From: an uncultured Thermoproteaceae archaeon
GTDB taxonomy: Archaea; Thermoproteota; Thermoprotei; Thermoproteales; Thermocladiaceae
Direction: 5' to 3'
Assembly (NCBI GenBank): GCA_964575955.1
Contig: CAZNTG010000006.1
Span: 416,001-480,000 of the forward strand
DNA: 64,000 nucleotides
Positions 63,278 to 64,000 of the stretch are shown one piece after another (the first letter of the stretch is position 1; each line of letters starts with the position of its first letter). The translations under genes were made by a program, and so were the position numbers. Below the pieces are notes generated by a model, which saw only the letters and a program-made list of their open reading frames with translations, did no database searches and had not been told where the DNA came from.

Positions 63278-64000
63278 ATGAGCGAGAGAAGAACTGGCGC
63301 ACCAGTTCTAATACTTAAGGAAGGTACTCAGAGAACAACTGGCACAGATGCTCGAAGAAGTAACATAATGGCTGCTAAGGTAATTGCAGAGATATTACAG
63401 ACCAGTCTTGGACCTAGAGGTATGGATAAGCTACTCATTGACGCTTTTGGAGATGTGACAATTACAGGTGATGGTGCAACAATACTCAAAGAGATGGAGG
63501 TTCAGCATCCTGCAGCAAAGCTTCTTGTAGAGGTTGCAAAAGCGATGGATGCTGAGGTTGGTGATGGTACAACAACAGCAGTAGTTCTTGCTGGTAAGCT
63601 ATTAGAAGAGGCAGAGAAGTTGTTAGACGAGGGTATTCATCCAACAATAATAATCTCAGGATATAAGAAAGCCGCAGACTACGCTATGCAGATTGCTGAG
63701 GAGATAGCGAAGCCTGTAAATGTTGAGAACAAGGATGAGCTTATTAGAGTTGCAATGAACGCATTAAGTAGTAAAGTTGTTGCTGAAGCTAGAGACTACT
63801 TAGCAAGAATTGTAGTTGATGCATGTAGTAAGGCTGTTGAGATTAGAGATGGAAAGTATTATCTAGATCTCGACTGGATTAAGATTGAGAAGAAGAGAGG
63901 TAAGTCACTATTTGAGACACAGCTAATTGATGGTATTGTACTTGATAAGGAAGTTGTACACCCAGGAATGCCTAGAAGAGTTGAAAATGCTAAGATAGCA
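63278..64000 (+). CDS. Thermosome (group II chaperonin) subunit, cut by window end
   Basis: Hand translation: PVLILKEGTQRTTG, LGPRGMDK, DGATIL, VGDGTTT. Confidence 0.96.
   Translation, partial: MSERRTGAPVLILKEGTQRTTGTDARRSNIMAAKVIAEILQTSLGPRGMDKLLIDAFGDVTITGDGATILKEMEVQHPAAKLLVEVAKAMDAEVGDGTTTAVVLAGKLLEEAEKLLDEGIHPTIIISGYKKAADYAMQIAEEIAKPVNVENKDELIRVAMNALSSKVVAEARDYLARIVVDACSKAVEIRDGKYYLDLDWIKIEKKRGKSLFETQLIDGIVLDKEVVHPGMPRRVENAKIA

Overview
AT-rich archaeal chromosome segment, most consistent with a hyperthermophilic crenarchaeote (Thermoproteota, probably Thermoproteales-like: rps14, rps7 and rps6e and nuoC/H sit outside their usual operons; many C/D box sRNAs; one intron-containing tRNA). 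1-14.9 kb is a complete type I-A CRISPR-Cas locus (csa1/cas4-cas1-cas2, csa5-cas7-cas5-cas8a-cas3'-cas3'', csa3, cas6, cas4). It is flanked by two arrays whose 24-nt repeats differ at 2 positions, and tRNA-Val lies inside it. 25.8-32.3 kb is the most unusual region: an APS reductase/Qmo locus with aprB divergent from aprA, one HdrA-MvhD gene that looks like a QmoA/QmoB chimera, and QmoC split into two genes on either side of it. The rest is mostly housekeeping genes, plus a decayed TauE/partner pair next to tRNA-Thr, a nucleoside-type ABC transporter, and a two-gene ABC-ATPase + TOPRIM cassette that may be a defence system. Elements missing from the ORF track include six C/D box sRNA candidates, a 55-aa zinc-finger ORF, a partial thermosome gene, and upstream coding extensions of lysZ and sec11 that lack a canonical start codon. 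All assignments come from motif recognition by eye; no searches were run.
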